DNA of 64,000 nt from Candidatus Latescibacterota bacterium (GTDB lineage: Bacteria; Latescibacterota; UBA2968; UBA8231), in the NCBI GenBank assembly GCA_965223905.1, contig CBDCXV010000011.1, positions 640,001 through 704,000 of the forward strand, given 5' to 3'. The number at the start of each line of letters is the position of its first letter. Position 1 is the first letter of the stretch. This document shows, piece by piece, positions 60,101 through 64,000 of this stretch. The notes under the pieces are model-generated. The model did no database searches. It was given only the letters and a program-made list of their open reading frames with translations, and was not told the DNA's origin. The position numbers and the translations under genes were made by a program.

Positions 60101-63100
60101 AGGAACAAGAGGAGGCAGCGATCCTCTTACTATAGAGGAAAGCTCTGTTTTCACTCCCAGCCAAAACTTCATTGGATCTCACTTACAACCAACTGTCAGA
60201 TACAGTGACCGACATGGAGTCAAAACCGTTGTCGGGCCTATGAGCAGCCCCGTGATCTACGTGCCTTCCGAGCCCAGGGAACTGACCGCTACGGCCGGCA
60301 ACGAGGTGGTGGACCTGTCGTGGATCGCTCCTGCCAAGGACAACTATTCTGATATTTCAGGGTATATCCTTCGCTGGGGCAGCGTCCCGGCCACGTCCGA
60401 CGGAAGCATCCCTGGCGACGACGAAATTACCTGGACCACTGTGAACCTGGGGGCGTCAATCACCAGCCATCAGGTGGAGAGCCTGAGCAACGGCACGGAG
60501 TACAGCTTCGAGGTGCGCGCCGTCAACGGGGCGGGGGCGGGGGCCTCCGCGAGCGTCACGGCGACGCCGGAGAGGGACACGCCGGGCCGGGTGGAGTGGA
60601 GCACGACTCAGCCGCAGGTGGGTCAGGAGCTGACGCCGACGCTCATCGACCCGGACAACCCGGCGCTGGCAGAGGCGCGCTGGCGCTGGCGCCGGCAGAG
60701 GTGGTCTCGGTCCGATGCCGGCGATTCGCTGTCGGCGCCGGTCCCCGGGTCGCGCTCCGGTGAATCGAAACTAGGAGTGATCGCCCGCACGCGTCAGTAT
60801 ACGCCCCGGGTGAGCGATCTCCATCAGTGGTTGTGGGTGGAAGTCACTTATACCGACGACTTCGACCGGCACCGGGTAAGCGCGACGGCGTCGAGGGCGG
60901 TGGGACCGGGTCCGCCGTGCGCCCCCGCCAACCTGAAGGCGGCGCCCGGGGATGGGCAGGTGACGCTGACTTGGGAGGCGGGCTGCAACAACGGGGGCAC
61001 CATCGACAGGTATCAATACCGTCGTCTGGACGCGCGGAAATGGGTGCGGGTGCCCGGGGACGGCTCGGCCCGTCGTCAGCAGGTGACGGGCCTGACCAAC
61101 GGGGAGGCGCACACGTTCGAGGTGCGGGCGGGGAACCGGCAGGAGTGGGGTCCTGCCGCCCAGGCCACGGCCACGCCCGCGGCGGCGGAGCGCACGGTGT
61201 CTTTCGCGGCGGCCGCGTATCAGGCGAGTGAAGGGGGGGAGGCGGCGACGGTGACGGTGCGGCTGTCGCCGTCTGCGTCGGAAGCGCTGCGCATCCCGAT
61301 TGCGGTCAATCCCCCGTCGGGCGACTTCACGGTGGCGGGGCTGACGGACGGAGCGCTGTCGTTTTCTTCGGGCGCGGAGCGGCAAACGTTTACGGTCGCG
61401 GCGAACCAGGACGACGACTGGGACGACGAAGAGGTGACGTTGGGTTTCGGCACGCCGCTGCCGGAGGGGGTGAGCGCCGGCGATCCTGCCCGCGCCACGG
61501 TGACCCTGTTCGACGACGACGATGCGCCCGGGGAGGTGACGGTTAGACCGGCGACGGCGCAGGTGGGCACGGAGCTGACGGCGACGCTGAGCGACGCGGA
61601 CGAGGTGGCAGAGGTGACGGGCTGGCAGTGGCATCGGCGGGCCTCGGATCAGGCGGCCTGGACCGCGATTTTGGGGGCCACGGCGGCGGCGTACAGGCCG
61701 GTGTCGGTCGATGCAGGGCAGTATCTGCAGGCGACGGTGAGCTACACGGACGGGCACGGTCCGGACAAGGGGGCCGCGAGCGCGGCCATCGGCCCGGTGA
61801 CGCCCCGTATTACGAGCCTGACGATCGCCTACGGGGACTCGACGTATCGGGCGAGGGAAGGAGGTTCCGTGACGGTGACGGTGAGGCTGTCGGAGGCGGC
61901 AGACCAGTTGCTGAAGATCCCGGTCGCGATCGAGGCGGACGAAGGCACCGAGCCGACCGATTTCAGCGACGATCTGTCCAACGACACGCTGTCGTTCACA
62001 CAACACGTTACTCTGCAAACGTTTACGATCACGGCGAACGAGGATGACGACACGGTCGACGAGAGGGTGCTTCTGGGGTTTGGGGATCTTCCGGAGGGGG
62101 TGGTTGCCGGCACGCCGGCGAGCGCCACGGTGACCCTCGTGGACGGCACCGGCACGGTGACTTTGATCTCAACGACGCCGCAGGTGGGCAGGCCGCTGAC
62201 GGCGGTGCTCACCGACCCGGATGGGGGCATCCATGTGAATACGTGGCATTGGCAGTGGCGGGCCCGGGATACGGACGAGTGGGAGCGCCCCCCCTGCCGA
62301 CGACCCGCTATCCGGGGCTGACCAGCTTTACGCCGCAAGCCGAGCATGTCGGGAAGCGGCTGCGGGTGACAGTCTACTACACCGACGCCCACGGCCCGAA
62401 CAAGAGCGCACAGAGCGGGGTGACCGAACCGGTGACGTCCCCGCCCCTGACGGTTGCCTTCAGCAGCTCCTCGTACCAGGCGACGGAAGGGGGCAGTGCG
62501 GCGACGGTGACGGTGCGGCTGTCGCCGGCGGCGGCGCAGCAGGAAGTCACCCTCCCGATCGTGTTCGATCCCCCCTCGGGCGACTACAGCCACGATCTGG
62601 GCACGGACAACACACTGACGTTCGCCCAAAACGTTTCCACTCAGTCGTTTTCGGTCACGGCGTCCGAGGATGCGGACACGGACGACGAAAGGGTGACGCT
62701 GAGCTTTGGCGCCCTGCCTTCGGGGGTCGTTGCGGGCACGCCGGCAAGTACGGCGGTGACCCTGATCGACGACGACACGCCCGACCCGGGCGATCCGCCC
62801 GATCCGCCGGACACCCCCGGCACGGTGCGCTTGTCGCCGACGTCGCCGGAAGTGGATCAGGAGGTGACGGCCACCCTGGTGGACGTCGACGGCCACTTGG
62901 AGGTGGTGGCCTGGCAGTGGCAGCGGCGGGCGGACGCCAGTTCGGGGTGGGTGAATATCGACCGGTCGGCGCGCATCCCCATTGCGGCCACGTCCCGCTA
63001 CACGCCGTCGTCGGCGGACCGGGGGCAGCAGCTGCGGGCGACGGTCGGCTACACGGACGGGCACGGGTCGGGCAAAAGCGCCCAGAGCGCGGCGACCTCG

Positions 63101-64000
63101 GCGGTGACGAAGCCGGACACCCCCGGCACGGTGCGCTTGTCGCCGACATCGCCGGAAGTGGATCAGGAGGTGACGGCCACCCTGGTGGACGTCGACGGCC
63201 ACTTGGAGGTGGTGGCCTGGCAGTGGCAGCGGCGGGCGGACGCCAGTTCGGGGTGGGTGAATATCGACCGGTCGGCGCGCATCCCCATTGCGGCCACGTC
63301 CCGCTACACGCCGTCGTCGGCGGACCGGGGGCAGCAGCTGCGGGCGACGGTCGGCTACACGGACGGGCACGGGTCGGGCAAAAGCGCCCAGAGCGCGGCG
63401 ACCTCGGCGGTGACGAAGCCGGACACCCCCGGCACGGTGCGCTTGTCGCCGACGTCGCCGGAAGTGGATCAGGAGGTGACGGCCACCCTGGTGGACGTCG
63501 ACGGCCACTTGGAGGTGGTGGCCTGGCAGTGGCAGCGGCGGGCGGACGCCAGTTCGGGGTGGGTGAATATCGACCGGTCGGCGCGCATCCCCATTGCGGC
63601 CACGTCCCGCTACACGCCGTCGTCGGCGGACCGGGGGCAGCAGCTGCGGGCGACGGTGAGCTACACGGACGGGCACGGGTCGGGCAAAAGCGCCCAGAGC
63701 GCGGCGACCTCGGCGGTGACGAAGCCGGACACCCCCGGCACGGTGCGCTTGTCGCCGACATCGCCGGAAGTGGATCAGGAGGTGACGGCCACCCTTGGTG
63801 GACGTCGACGGCCACTTGGAGGTGGTGGCCTGGCAGTGGCAGCGGCGGGCGGACGCCAGTTCGGGGTGGGTGAATATCGACCGGTCGGCGCGCATCCCCA
63901 TTGCGGCCACGTCCCGCTACACGCCGTCGTCGGCGGACCGGGGGCAGCAGCTGCGGGCGACGGTCGGCTACACGGACGGGCACGGGTCGGGCAAAAGCGC
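57121..64000 (+). CDS. Giant secreted M6 (immune inhibitor A-like) metalloprotease-adhesin with FN3, cadherin-like, Calx-beta-like and Ig-like repeats; frameshifted, runs off window
   Basis: GSLTDYFLEMS, HEYGHIMGLPELYD, WGIMGQG, EYFLIANRQ, GLAIWHVD; continues through frameshifts at ~58630, ~62290 (C run) and ~63795. Confidence 0.85.
62807..64000 (+). repeat. 306-bp (102-aa) near-identical tandem repeat, about 3.9 copies visible
   Basis: Units start CCGGACACCCCCGGC at 62807, 63113, 63419, 63725 and encode PDTPGTVRLSPTSPEV...WQWQR...YTP...LRATVGYTDGHG. Confidence 0.97.

Noticed and set aside
62807-64000. Possible CRISPR array or non-coding repeat
   Set aside because: 306-bp in-frame coding units with no unique spacers; no cas genes in the window
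1-64000. tRNA or rRNA genes
   Set aside because: None recognised by eye; no covariance search was possible

Overview
GC-rich bacterial window; gene content and protein tails suggest an FCB-group lineage such as Latescibacterota/Gemmatimonadota, possibly host-associated (inference). About 1-35.8 kb is mostly intact housekeeping sequence: sulfatase, serC, pepA, dcd, peptidases, a decayed glgP, a minus-strand run dapF-SprT-Omp85-PQQ-yicC-cmk-coaBC-udg-dnaB, an SPL-like radical SAM cluster and polX. From about 35.8 kb to the end is an accessory island. It holds nested IS66 elements, an ISL3 and IS5 remnants. Its core is a tandem array of translationally coupled two-gene cassettes: gene A (secreted, PLAVGNSWTY motif, SSWGxxK tail) and gene B (secreted M6-like HExxHxxGxxH metalloprotease with FN3 and cadherin-like domains). 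The copies are mosaics of near-identical constant blocks and swapped hypervariable loops. A GCATGAATCAC motif marks four B-to-A junctions, and only the last B copy keeps a long C-terminal stalk. A duplicated sigma54 promoter module (UAS, IHF site, -24/-12) follows, then a diverged analogous pair: a CBM9-like protein and a giant M6 protease-adhesin ending in 306-bp tandem repeats. This protease-plus-partner cassette array is the main candidate for an undescribed system.
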